Source: Microcystis aeruginosa NIES-843 (GTDB lineage: Bacteria > Cyanobacteriota > Cyanobacteriia > Cyanobacteriales > Microcystaceae). Taken from it: a DNA stretch of 32,000 nucleotides. The stretch lies in the NCBI RefSeq assembly GCF_000010625.1, contig NC_010296.1, forward strand, positions 3,750,001-3,782,000, read 5' to 3'. The position numbers and the translations under genes were made by a program. The notes under the pieces are model-generated. The model saw only the letters and a program-made list of their open reading frames with translations, made no database searches and was not told the origin of the DNA. Positions 8,217 to 15,283 of the stretch are shown here, one piece after another; position 1 is the stretch's first letter; the number at the start of each line of letters is the position of its first letter.

Positions 8217-8819
8217 CTATTGTTTGCTTTGCCCTAAGCTAACAATATTACAGGTAACTAATCTTTGGGCGAGGGTGGTGTATTCTAGGCGACCACCGGC
8301 GATCTGATATTCGTCCCGGGGCGCCGGCAGATGACCGACGGGTGCATTGAGGGTATAGTTAAGATTTTCTTTAAAAATAATCCAATCACCATCTTTACGC
8401 CAACCGATGCGATCGCCAAAAGTTTGAAAATTTTCGATCGCCACTAAGCGCCCCGGTCGATTACCCGTCTCGATAAAAATGCGAAATTGGGTACTGAAAC
8501 TAAAACGACCCCCGGAAGCTTCTTTCCAGAGTTGATCCATCTTTTGCAGATCCCAACAGGCCAATTTTTGCAGGTCTTCCATGGTAAACCAGCCCTGTAA
8601 TTCCCGTCCGGTTGCTTTCAGCATTAAATTACGGGTTTCATCGTTAGCTTGCCGCCAATTTTGTTGAGCGAGGAAATTTTTCAGGCGAGTGTAATTAATG
8701 CCCGTGGTCGGTGATACCATTTCCCCAGAGGTGGTAGTCTGGGCAACGATCGCCGGCAAGGGATTGAGAAATAAAGCGATCGCAAGAGTGATCTGACACA
8801 AGGAAAAATTAATTCTCAT
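8217..8819 (-). CDS. GUN4 domain-containing protein with N-terminal signal-like sequence
   Basis: 200-aa ORF. The core WRQANDETRNLML...LACWDLQKMDQLWKEASGGRFSFSTQ matches the GUN4 domain signature. The N-terminus MRINFSLCQITLAIALFLNPLPAIVAQ looks like a signal peptide. Confidence 0.75.
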   Translation of the reverse strand: MRINFSLCQITLAIALFLNPLPAIVAQTTTSGEMVSPTTGINYTRLKNFLAQQNWRQANDETRNLMLKATGRELQGWFTMEDLQKLACWDLQKMDQLWKEASGGRFSFSTQFRIFIETGNRPGRLVAIENFQTFGDRIGWRKDGDWIIFKENLNYTLNAPVGHLPAPRDEYQIAGGRLEYTTLAQRLVTCNIVSLGQSKQ

Positions 8820-8902
8820 AAACCCTATTTATTAACCTGATGCAAAGAAATCCTACAATAGCATAGACGAAATTTGCCGTTTTTACCGCCTCCTTAACTC
8901 CT

Positions 8903-9883
8903 ATGGCTTTCACTTGGATCCGACACCATATTTTAGGATTAGAAGACTGGCAACCGGAAGAATACCAAACCCTGCTACAAACGGCCTCTAGTTTTCGTGA
9001 AGTTCTTTCCCGACGCACCAAGAAAGTGCCGGCCCTACAGGGACAAGTGGTGACAAATCTTTTTTTTGAACCCTCCACCCGCACCCGTAGTAGTTTTGAA
9101 CTAGCGGCGAAACGTCTTTCGGCCGATGTTCTTAATTTTGCCCCGGGTAGTTCCAGTTTGACTAAGGGGGAAACGATTCTCGATACCGCTTTAACCTATG
9201 TGGCCATGGGTACGGATATTTTTGTCATTCGACATCAACAGTCGGGGGTTCCCGATTTGATTGCGGGGGAAATGGACCGTCTAGAATCGGGGGTGAGTAT
9301 TCTTAATGCTGGGGACGGTCAACACGAACACCCCTCCCAGGGACTTTTAGACCTGTTTACGATCTGTTGTCTGTTAGACGAGGAAAATCCCCGTTTAGAA
9401 CTGTTAGAGGGCAAAAAAATCGCTATTGTCGGGGATATACTCCATTCTCGTGTCGCTCGTTCCAATATCTGGAGTTTAACCACGGCAGGAGCAGAAGTAC
9501 ATTTGTCGGCACCCCCCACCCTGCTGCCGAAATATTTTGGGGAATTGTGCGATCGCCTATTTCTCCACTGGGATTTAGAACCAGCTTTAGAAAAGGCCGA
9601 TTTTGTGATGACCCTGCGACTGCAAAAAGAACGCATGACTGCCAATCTTTTGCCCAGTTTACGGGAATATCATCAAAGTTTTGGCATTACTCGTCCTCGT
9701 TTGCAATCCTGTCAACCGGGGGTGAAGGTGCTTCATCCCGGTCCTGTGAATCGGGGAGTGGAAATTAGTTCCGATTTAATGGACGATCCCGATTTTAGTC
9801 TGATTTCCCAACAAGTTACCAGTGGTGTCGCTGTCAGAATGGCTTTGTTATACCTGATCGGTAATCTTCGCAGCGACCAGTAA
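8903..9883 (+). CDS. pyrB: aspartate carbamoyltransferase catalytic subunit
   Basis: 326-aa ORF with [19 protein letters not shown] (STRTR carbamoyl-phosphate site), [10 protein letters not shown] and HPGPVNRG. Confidence 0.95.
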   Translation: MAFTWIRHHILGLEDWQPEEYQTLLQTASSFREVLSRRTKKVPALQGQVVTNLFFEPSTRTRSSFELAAKRLSADVLNFAPGSSSLTKGETILDTALTYVAMGTDIFVIRHQQSGVPDLIAGEMDRLESGVSILNAGDGQHEHPSQGLLDLFTICCLLDEENPRLELLEGKKIAIVGDILHSRVARSNIWSLTTAGAEVHLSAPPTLLPKYFGELCDRLFLHWDLEPALEKADFVMTLRLQKERMTANLLPSLREYHQSFGITRPRLQSCQPGVKVLHPGPVNRGVEISSDLMDDPDFSLISQQVTSGVAVRMALLYLIGNLRSDQ

Positions 9884-9906
9884 AAGGTTCTCAGGGATTT
9901 GATCTT

Positions 9907-10188
9907 TTAGTCTGGTTTCATTGAAACAATCCTAAAGTTTTTATCAAGGTAAATATCATACTTTCTTCCTCCCTCACACACAGCATCTTCTGCTTCAAAT
10001 AGGTTAGTCTCAACATCAAATTTCATCTCTTTAGGATTCCTACAACCCTGTTTTAGCAAAGCATCAGTCAACCGTGATGTTTCTTCAGGGGTCAAAGCCC
10101 GGTAATCACTACTATTAGCTTGACCCGCATAGATTGACATTCCTATAATGCTAAGAGATAGTAAGCTTATGATCGATTTGGTCTTCAT
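9907..10188 (-). CDS. small secreted hypothetical protein (PepSY-like C-terminus)
   Basis: 93-aa ORF with a signal peptide (MKTKSIISLLSLSIIGMSIYAGQA). The C-terminal RKYDIYLDKNFRIVSMKPD resembles PepSY-type modules. The assignment is weak. Confidence 0.45.
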   Translation of the reverse strand: MKTKSIISLLSLSIIGMSIYAGQANSSDYRALTPEETSRLTDALLKQGCRNPKEMKFDVETNLFEAEDAVCEGGRKYDIYLDKNFRIVSMKPD

Positions 10189-10669
10189 TTTTTCAACTTC
10201 CTGAATACAATAAAAACATCATTCCAAGGGCTTTAGACCCAAATTTTCGCTAATTAGTTCGGCACGATTACCGATCAAGTTTATCTTAGGGGAAGCATAC
10301 CTGGATGGCAATAAGTATAAATACTCAAGCTATCCCTAGGGCTTTTCTAGGAACTTTGACCGATACCGAATTCCGTTCTCAAGGGACTAGATATGGCGAC
10401 CTACTCCTCTCTTTTTTAACTAGGGTTGGCTGAATAAATCTAAAAACCTGGTTGGATAATATCTTTAGGCTTTTTTGAAATCCAAGACTGCGATCACCAA
10501 CCCCAGAAGCCTTACAGAATGAGGGTTTGAACAGAGTGATCGCCTCGAAGCACAAACGACATTGATTATACCTCTCTTTGAGAAAAACGCTGAAATTAAC
10601 GAAGCGACAAAAGATAAAGATTCGGATTAAGTTAATTGAGAACTATTATTATAATTCTCTCAGAATATG

Positions 10670-11944
10670 CTAGAATGCTTTTCTATATCTCACCGAAAAG
10701 TAAACCCCTTGTTCTTGCAGTGAATTTCCGGAATTATCGACAGAAACTAACGGAATCCCGTAATCTAAACGAACAGTTAAACCATTAGCCACTAACCAGC
10801 GTAAACCTAATCCTATCCCTCCTAAAGTAGCAGGATCGGGATCAGGAAGTAAATTATTCCATCCAGTCCCCCCCTCAACAAATGAGGTAATTTGCAAGAC
10901 TTCGGGATCTTGAGTGAGGGGAATTCTTAACTCTAATGATCCTAATAAGGCATTATCGGTAACAATTTCGTTTTTTGCATAGCCTCGCACTGTATCAATT
11001 CCTCCTAAGCTGAATTGCTCAATAATCGGTAAGGGATCACCAGCAATTTGAGCGTAAAAACGACCTAATAACAGCCAATTATTACTAAAACGATTAACAA
11101 ACTGAAATTGACCTAACCAGCTAAAAAATTCCTGATTTGGCTCAATATTAACAACTGTGCTATCAAACGCATTGATACCGAAGTTCAATTGAGAACGAGC
11201 AGCAAAAACTTGGTTAGGCGTACGATTGAGCCATTCTTGGGAAAATCTGAGGACGGTTAGGTTGGTTTTCCCATCAATACAGGGTTGAGAGAAACAAAAT
11301 GACACCCCTTCAAGGGAACTACGGTTATTGCGAATATCTAAGTTTAACCCTAATGTCCATTCGGTTTGTAGAGTCCGATAAATCGGTTGACGATATTCAA
11401 CTCCTAATGTCTCTGTTTGGTTACGAATATCGAAGATATTGAATAAGGTTTCGGTAATTTTGCTGTCTGTATTCCAGTAATGTAGTCCAATTCGTCCATC
11501 CATCGGATTAATTGGCAAGTTGTAGTGAAGATTGTATAAATTTAAACCTTCGGTAATAGAATATTCCCCTGAAAATTTATCACCCCATCCTAAGACATTA
11601 CCATGAGATAAGGCGATAGTTCCTTCATAAGAGCCGATATTTGGGGGACGATAGTTATCGGTGCTAACTTCTACACTTAAAGCTTTTGCTTCTTCTAAAT
11701 TAACCAATAAGACACTTTTTCCGTCTGTGCTTCCGGGTGTTAATTCAGCTTGAATCGTTTTAATTAAGGGATCTAATTGTAATAAAGCGAGTCCGTTTTG
11801 TAAGGTTTGCTGATTTAAAGGGGTTCGGGTGACGTTTTCTAAACGAGAGCGAATATAATAATCTGGTTCTTCCGAACTTACACTGTAGAAAAGTCCCCAA
11901 GCTCCCTCTCTGTCCAGCAATGTTCTAAAGTTGATAAATATCAA
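10670..11944 (-). CDS. ShlB/FhaC/HecB-family TpsB outer-membrane transporter, C-terminal fragment (gene split by a MITE)
   Basis: After the junk N-terminus the ORF reads DYYIRSRLENVTRTPLNQQTLQNGLALLQLDPLI (POTRA2), then beta-barrel sequence ending YFSVRYRKAF with a terminal aromatic residue. The first ~26 codons derive from the inserted MITE. Confidence 0.85.
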   Translation of the reverse strand: MIFINFRTLLDREGAWGLFYSVSSEEPDYYIRSRLENVTRTPLNQQTLQNGLALLQLDPLIKTIQAELTPGSTDGKSVLLVNLEEAKALSVEVSTDNYRPPNIGSYEGTIALSHGNVLGWGDKFSGEYSITEGLNLYNLHYNLPINPMDGRIGLHYWNTDSKITETLFNIFDIRNQTETLGVEYRQPIYRTLQTEWTLGLNLDIRNNRSSLEGVSFCFSQPCIDGKTNLTVLRFSQEWLNRTPNQVFAARSQLNFGINAFDSTVVNIEPNQEFFSWLGQFQFVNRFSNNWLLLGRFYAQIAGDPLPIIEQFSLGGIDTVRGYAKNEIVTDNALLGSLELRIPLTQDPEVLQITSFVEGGTGWNNLLPDPDPATLGGIGLGLRWLVANGLTVRLDYGIPLVSVDNSGNSLQEQGVYFSVRYRKAF

Positions 11945-12027
11945 TCTAACAAAAACTCAAAGCCCTATTGTACAAGCTTTACAAGCATAAGTTGTTGATA
12001 GTTTTGCATGACAGGTTCGGTAGAGCC
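11865..12027. mobile_element. 163-bp MITE inserted in tpsB, with 8-bp target-site duplication
   Basis: The imperfect TIRs are ggttcttccgaacttacactg (11865 onward) and, from 12027 read inward, ggctctaccgaacctgtcatg. Identical AATAATCT lies at 11857-11864 and 12028-12035. Removing the MITE plus one repeat (171 bp, 57 codons) restores GLKRLKDYYIRSRLEN in frame. Confidence 0.85.
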
Positions 12028-12472
12028 AATAATCTTTGAGTCTCTTAAGTCCTTGTATCTCAATTCGTTCAATTTCTCCCTCTACAACTTGAATTTTTAC
12101 CGTTCCCTCAGTAATCTCTTGGTTATTTGGTAAGAATGCCCCAGAAGTAATATAGCCTCTGCTAACATAAAGTTCTGTAATGGTGCTTCGCAGACAAATA
12201 AGTTTTTCAATAGTAATCTTTTGATTTTCTAAAGGTTGAGTTAAAGATCGAATTTCTGCTTTAAAAATACTATTGCCCAAAACCTCAATTTTCTTGACAA
12301 AAAACCCCTCACTTTCAGGATCAGAGGGGCAGTTTTTTGTCTCTTGAAAACGGTCTCCATCAGCCAGCGATTGCGCTTGTCCCGTAGAGCTATCTAAGCC
12401 GATACAACCTGCGATTAAACTCACACAAAATAATCTTTTGAATACCTTAAACATATGATCTTTATTAATCAA
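11957..12472 (-). CDS. TpsB transporter, N-terminal fragment (signal peptide plus POTRA1), truncated by the MITE
   Basis: The likely true start is the ATG at 12454 (MFKVFKRLFCVSLIAGC). FFVKKIEVLGNSIF...VKIQVVEGEIERIEIQGLKRLK is a POTRA module. The reading frame then runs into the MITE and stops. Confidence 0.8.
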   Translation of the reverse strand: MINKDHMFKVFKRLFCVSLIAGCIGLDSSTGQAQSLADGDRFQETKNCPSDPESEGFFVKKIEVLGNSIFKAEIRSLTQPLENQKITIEKLICLRSTITELYVSRGYITSGAFLPNNQEITEGTVKIQVVEGEIERIEIQGLKRLKDYWLYRTCHAKLSTTYACKACTIGL

Positions 12473-13106
12473 TCAGTCCTTCTTCTCTAGCGCGTTTTAA
12501 AGTTAAAATTCGCAAGTTTTTACTATCTTCTGGATAAATTTCTAAGACATCTTGTAATTTTGTCCAATAGTGACGCACCGTTCTTTCTGCAATGTTCATT
12601 TTTATGGCGATCGCTTTATCCTGTAAACCTTCTTCAAACGCAAATCTAAGCAATTCTAACCATTCAGATTTTACCTCTATTCCTGCTTTTAAATCTTTGG
12701 TATGGGTTAATCCCCGCATCACCCAATTAACGCGGTTAATCATTTCTGACTGAGGTAAGGTTTTATCCGCAACTGCAAAACCTCCGTGATGATTATCAAT
12801 ATTTGGCTTAAGACGCATTAGGGCTTTGATATAACTACTTTGCACGATAATATTTAGGTTCGGATAGTCTTTTAGTATTTTTTTAAGAAAATTTAACCCA
12901 TTTTCGACTTCAGCGACTGTTCCCTCGGTTTGGGGGAGGGAAAGATCCATCACCAGAATATCAGGTTGATGACTGCTTAGGAGGTGTTGGGCTTCTTGGA
13001 GATGAGAAGCGGTTAAAAAGTCGGCTTCGGGATGCTCTGCTTGAATAGCTTTGAGCGTTCCTTCAAGAAGGAGGGGATGATCGTCAATTATCAGGATAAG
13101 AGACAT
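12465..13106 (-). CDS. response regulator, REC domain plus LuxR/NarL-type HTH
   Basis: 213-aa ORF. REC motifs are LIIDDHPLL and DILVMDLSLP. The C-terminal KAIAIKMNIAERTVRHYWTKLQDVL is a LuxR-type HTH. Its stop lies 10 nt upstream of the likely tpsB ATG. Confidence 0.9.
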   Translation of the reverse strand: MSLILIIDDHPLLLEGTLKAIQAEHPEADFLTASHLQEAQHLLSSHQPDILVMDLSLPQTEGTVAEVENGLNFLKKILKDYPNLNIIVQSSYIKALMRLKPNIDNHHGGFAVADKTLPQSEMINRVNWVMRGLTHTKDLKAGIEVKSEWLELLRFAFEEGLQDKAIAIKMNIAERTVRHYWTKLQDVLEIYPEDSKNLRILTLKRAREEGLID

Positions 13107-13266
13107 GATTTTAGCGATTAAGGGGGATAAATTTTGAGATTAGACATGATCAATTACAGGCTTAAGGTTAAGGAACAGGTCTATAAGAAGACGTAGCCAT
13201 TCATTATAGACTAAAGAGGAGCAAATCGCACTATCCAAGAAAAATTTTTCATAATTCGCCAACTTT

Positions 13267-13397
13267 GGCTCTTATCGACTTGGTGTGATAATCAGTGCTT
13301 ATCATTCGTAGGAGTCTTGCTAGGCAAGGCTTTGAAGACTATATTTCTGGAAAATTATCCCTATTCTTCTTACTCCCACACAGAAACGAGAAGAGCC
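13267..13397. mobile_element. 131-bp MITE, copy A (ISL3-like termini GGCTCTT.TCG)
   Basis: It starts ggctcttatcgac and ends cgagaagagcc, which are inverted. It is ~90 percent similar by eye to 25911-26044. The AACTTT hexamer abuts the left end and recurs 1 nt beyond the right end, giving a 7 of 8 match if the boundaries shift by one. Confidence 0.7.
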
Positions 13398-13644
13398 CAA
13401 CTTTTTGAAGTGCATTTTCATAAACTGACAAACTTAAGCGAAATTTACCCACTGTTTGCAAGTTATCTAATTGTTCTTTTAAGTTGGGAATTAAGCGATT
13501 TTGTTTTGCCCAAATTAAAAGTACGACTGTTCCGAGTGTGGGTAAATTCAGAGGAAATCGTTGATGAACTAATTCTAATTTTCTAATGCTACTTAAAGCA
13601 ATTAAAACTAATGCGTTGGTTACAGCTTTCATATCACTGATCAA
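13339..13644 (-). pseudogene. DUF3368 (PIN-like toxin) family remnant, internally deleted and hit by MITE copy A at its 3' end
   Basis: ALVLIALSSIRKLELV jumps straight to GTVVLLIWAKQNRLIPNLKEQLDNLQTVGKFRLS, so the N- and C-terminal DUF3368 blocks are present without the middle. The last ~19 codons are MITE sequence. It lies immediately downstream of a UPF0175-type antitoxin remnant. Confidence 0.45.
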
Positions 13645-13897
13645 GTTCTTGTAGAGTATTTAAGTCTGCTTCTAATTCTTCTAAATCGTAGGTACATTAA
13701 ATATTTTCTTGGGCTAATAATTCATGAAAATCCCATTTACTTAATTGGGTTAGTTCACGGGCTTTACCTAATGAGAGAATTTGTTTTTGATAGAGTCTGA
13801 TGGCCAATTCAATACGAACACGGTTGGCGCATTCATCAGGTGGGATGCGTAGATTATCTGCGACTTCATCAGGAATTTATAAGAGTATTTTAGTCAT
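13634..13897 (-). pseudogene. UPF0175-family antitoxin pseudogene (two in-frame TAA stops)
   Basis: My translation is MTKILL*IPDEVADNLRIPPDECANRVRIELAIRLYQKQILSLGKARELTQLSKWDFHELLAQENI*CTYDLEELEADLNTLQELDQ*. The stops lie at 13877-13879 and 13697-13699. The pattern matches cyanobacterial UPF0175 antitoxins paired with DUF3368. Confidence 0.55.
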
Positions 13898-13993
13898 GAT
13901 TTTTATTTAAGAGGGTAGATTAATTATAATCCAAGGAAAATCATCTCTTTAATTTACTTTACAAAATAGGGCGGTGTTTTGCCATAAAATCAA

Positions 13994-14020
13994 GGTGCAT
14001 TACACTTTCATTAATGCACC
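13994..14020 (-). terminator. possible hairpin terminator downstream of the Asn-rich protein gene
   Basis: A 9-bp stem (ggtgcatta / taatgcacc) with a 9-nt loop lies 47 nt after the stop at 14067. On the minus strand it is followed by ttgatttta. Confidence 0.35.
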
Positions 14021-14066
14021 CTACGAGAATGGCGATCGCATTGTAATTAAATTGATCAACACGCAA

Positions 14067-14426
14067 TTACCAAGGGGTTGTATAAGTGCGAGAGGAACTA
14101 CTGCTATTAGAGTTATAAGAATTACTATAAGAACAGTTTCCTGTCTCACAATTACCTGATTGATGGTTATTAGAATGGGAATTACGATTTCCTGATTGAT
14201 GGGTTATGGTGTTGTTATCATAATTTCTGATGGTGCGGTTATAACCTTCTTTGGTTTGATTCCAACCCCCACTGTTATAGCCATTATTGTAGCGTTGACC
14301 GTAATTATTCCCCCATTGATTGTCATTAACATCCCAGTTTTGAGCAGTTGACACAGTGGGGTAAGAAGCAATCATTAAAGAAATAGCGGTCATTGCCAGT
14401 TTTTTGTAGGTATTAGAAGTAAGCAT
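14067..14426 (-). CDS. small secreted Asn/Ser/Gly-rich low-complexity protein
   Basis: 119-aa ORF with a signal peptide (AMTAISLMIASYPTVSTAQ). The mature part is N/G/S/Y-rich, with a repeated HQSGN motif and a C-terminal Ser run. I recognise no homologue. Confidence 0.55.
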   Translation of the reverse strand: MLTSNTYKKLAMTAISLMIASYPTVSTAQNWDVNDNQWGNNYGQRYNNGYNSGGWNQTKEGYNRTIRNYDNNTITHQSGNRNSHSNNHQSGNCETGNCSYSNSYNSNSSSSSRTYTTPW

Positions 14427-14505
14427 TTTTTGTTTTTCCTCGTTGTTTATTTTGCTTTATATGTCTAGATTAATTCGTTAAATCGTGAAAGCATAGGTTG
14501 GTTTA

Positions 14506-14554
14506 TGCCAACTTCATTGCCGTTTTCAGACAAGTAAATGGCACAAAAGTGCAA
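14506..14554 (-). promoter_or_regulatory. 49-bp conserved upstream element, copy 1
   Basis: tgccaacttcattgccgttttcagacaagtaaatggcacaaaagtgcaa is identical to 15235-15283. It lies exactly 79 nt upstream of the start codon at 14426. Confidence 0.5.
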
Positions 14555-14572
14555 GCTTATACTTAAAGAAAA

Positions 14573-14600
14573 AAAGAAAGAAAATAGAGTTTCTTTCTTT
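14573..14600 (-). terminator. AT-rich hairpin terminator after the RTX-like gene
   Basis: An 11-bp stem (aaagaaagaaa / tttctttcttt) with a 6-nt loop. On the minus strand it is followed by a T-run (uuuucuuu). It sits ~45 nt downstream of the stop at 14646. Confidence 0.4.
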
Positions 14601-14645
14601 CAATATTTAAACGCTTGACCTTCAAGATAACGAGAAAAGTCAGAT

Positions 14646-15155
14646 TTAGACAAACTGACAATAGTAGCTCGTCAGCGCAAAGTTACCTGTGTAGTCTTGA
14701 AGAACCCCTAAAATATCTCCACCTGAGGTTCTGATAAGCAGATCTGATGTTGAATTTCCACTAAAATTATTACTAGATCCTGTTCTCTCAAAAGTGTAGG
14801 AAAAACCTCGTGTGAGTTGAATATAGTCGTTAGCAGAATTATAATCGGTAATAGTTGCATAACCATTACCTAAATAACCGCGTCCCCCACGATCACCAAG
14901 CACAAAAGTATCAGAGCCACTACCCCCCGTTAAGGTGTCATATTCTCCTGAATTAAAAGCATAGGAACCAAAACCATCAAGATAGTCGTTTCCACTCCAA
15001 CCAAAGAGGCGATCATTACCAGTGCCTCCATATAAACGATCATTATTTGTATTACCTAGAAGTGTATCATTGCCTCCATATCCACAAGCAGTGAGACTCT
15101 CAGATCCCATATAGTTGTAGTAATCTGAAGCACTGGTTCCATAGTAAGTAGCCAT
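14646..15155 (-). CDS. small calcium-binding RTX-repeat (hemolysin-type) protein
   Basis: 169-aa ORF with tandem nonapeptide-like repeats GYGGNDTLL, GNTNNDRLY, GGTGNDRLF, GWSGNDYLD and GGSGSDTFV. There is no N-terminal Sec signal. Confidence 0.75.
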   Translation of the reverse strand: MATYYGTSASDYYNYMGSESLTACGYGGNDTLLGNTNNDRLYGGTGNDRLFGWSGNDYLDGFGSYAFNSGEYDTLTGGSGSDTFVLGDRGGRGYLGNGYATITDYNSANDYIQLTRGFSYTFERTGSSNNFSGNSTSDLLIRTSGGDILGVLQDYTGNFALTSYYCQFV

Positions 15156-15234
15156 TTGTTTTTGCTCCGTTTTTTGAAATTTGTTTGATGTCTCTAAGTT
15201 AACCCCTTAAACCCTGAAAACCTAGGTCATTTCC

Positions 15235-15283
15235 TGCCAACTTCATTGCCGTTTTCAGACAAGTAAATGGCACAAAAGTGCAA
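15235..15283 (-). promoter_or_regulatory. 49-bp conserved upstream element, copy 2 (in the divergent region with the CHASE2 kinase gene)
   Basis: Identical to 14506-14554. It lies exactly 79 nt upstream of the start codon at 15155 and overlaps or precedes the 5' end of the kinase ORF on the other strand. Confidence 0.5.

Noticed and set aside
8809-9768. ORFs 8809-9084 (-), 9319-9645 (-) and 9367-9768 (+)
   Set aside because: They overlap pyrB or its start region in other frames. Their Arg/Ser/Cys-rich translations are typical of off-frame reads.
10490-10545. 8-bp inverted repeat gcgatcac ... gtgatcgc in the 480-bp gap after 10188
   Set aside because: It is a short stem with a ~40-nt spacer. 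It is HIP1-like sequence that recurs by chance in this genome type, and I can support no further structure.
13317-13586. Plus-strand ORF 13317-13586 (89 aa)
   Set aside because: It starts inside MITE copy A and runs antisense to the DUF3368 remnant. It has no recognisable motif or ribosome-binding context.
6465-15155. Linking the HlyD-family adaptor (6465-7922) to the RTX-repeat protein (14646-15155) as a type I secretion system
   Set aside because: The genes are 7 kb apart with core genes between them. The adaptor has a lipoprotein signal like RND-type adaptors. No ABC transporter or TolC gene is present.
15270-15283. Sigma-54-like motif TGGCAC-aaaa-GTGCA on the plus strand inside the 49-bp element
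   Set aside because: The spacing between the GG and GC elements is one base short of the -24/-12 consensus. Cyanobacteria are not known to encode RpoN. In copy 1 the motif would point antisense into the RTX-like gene.
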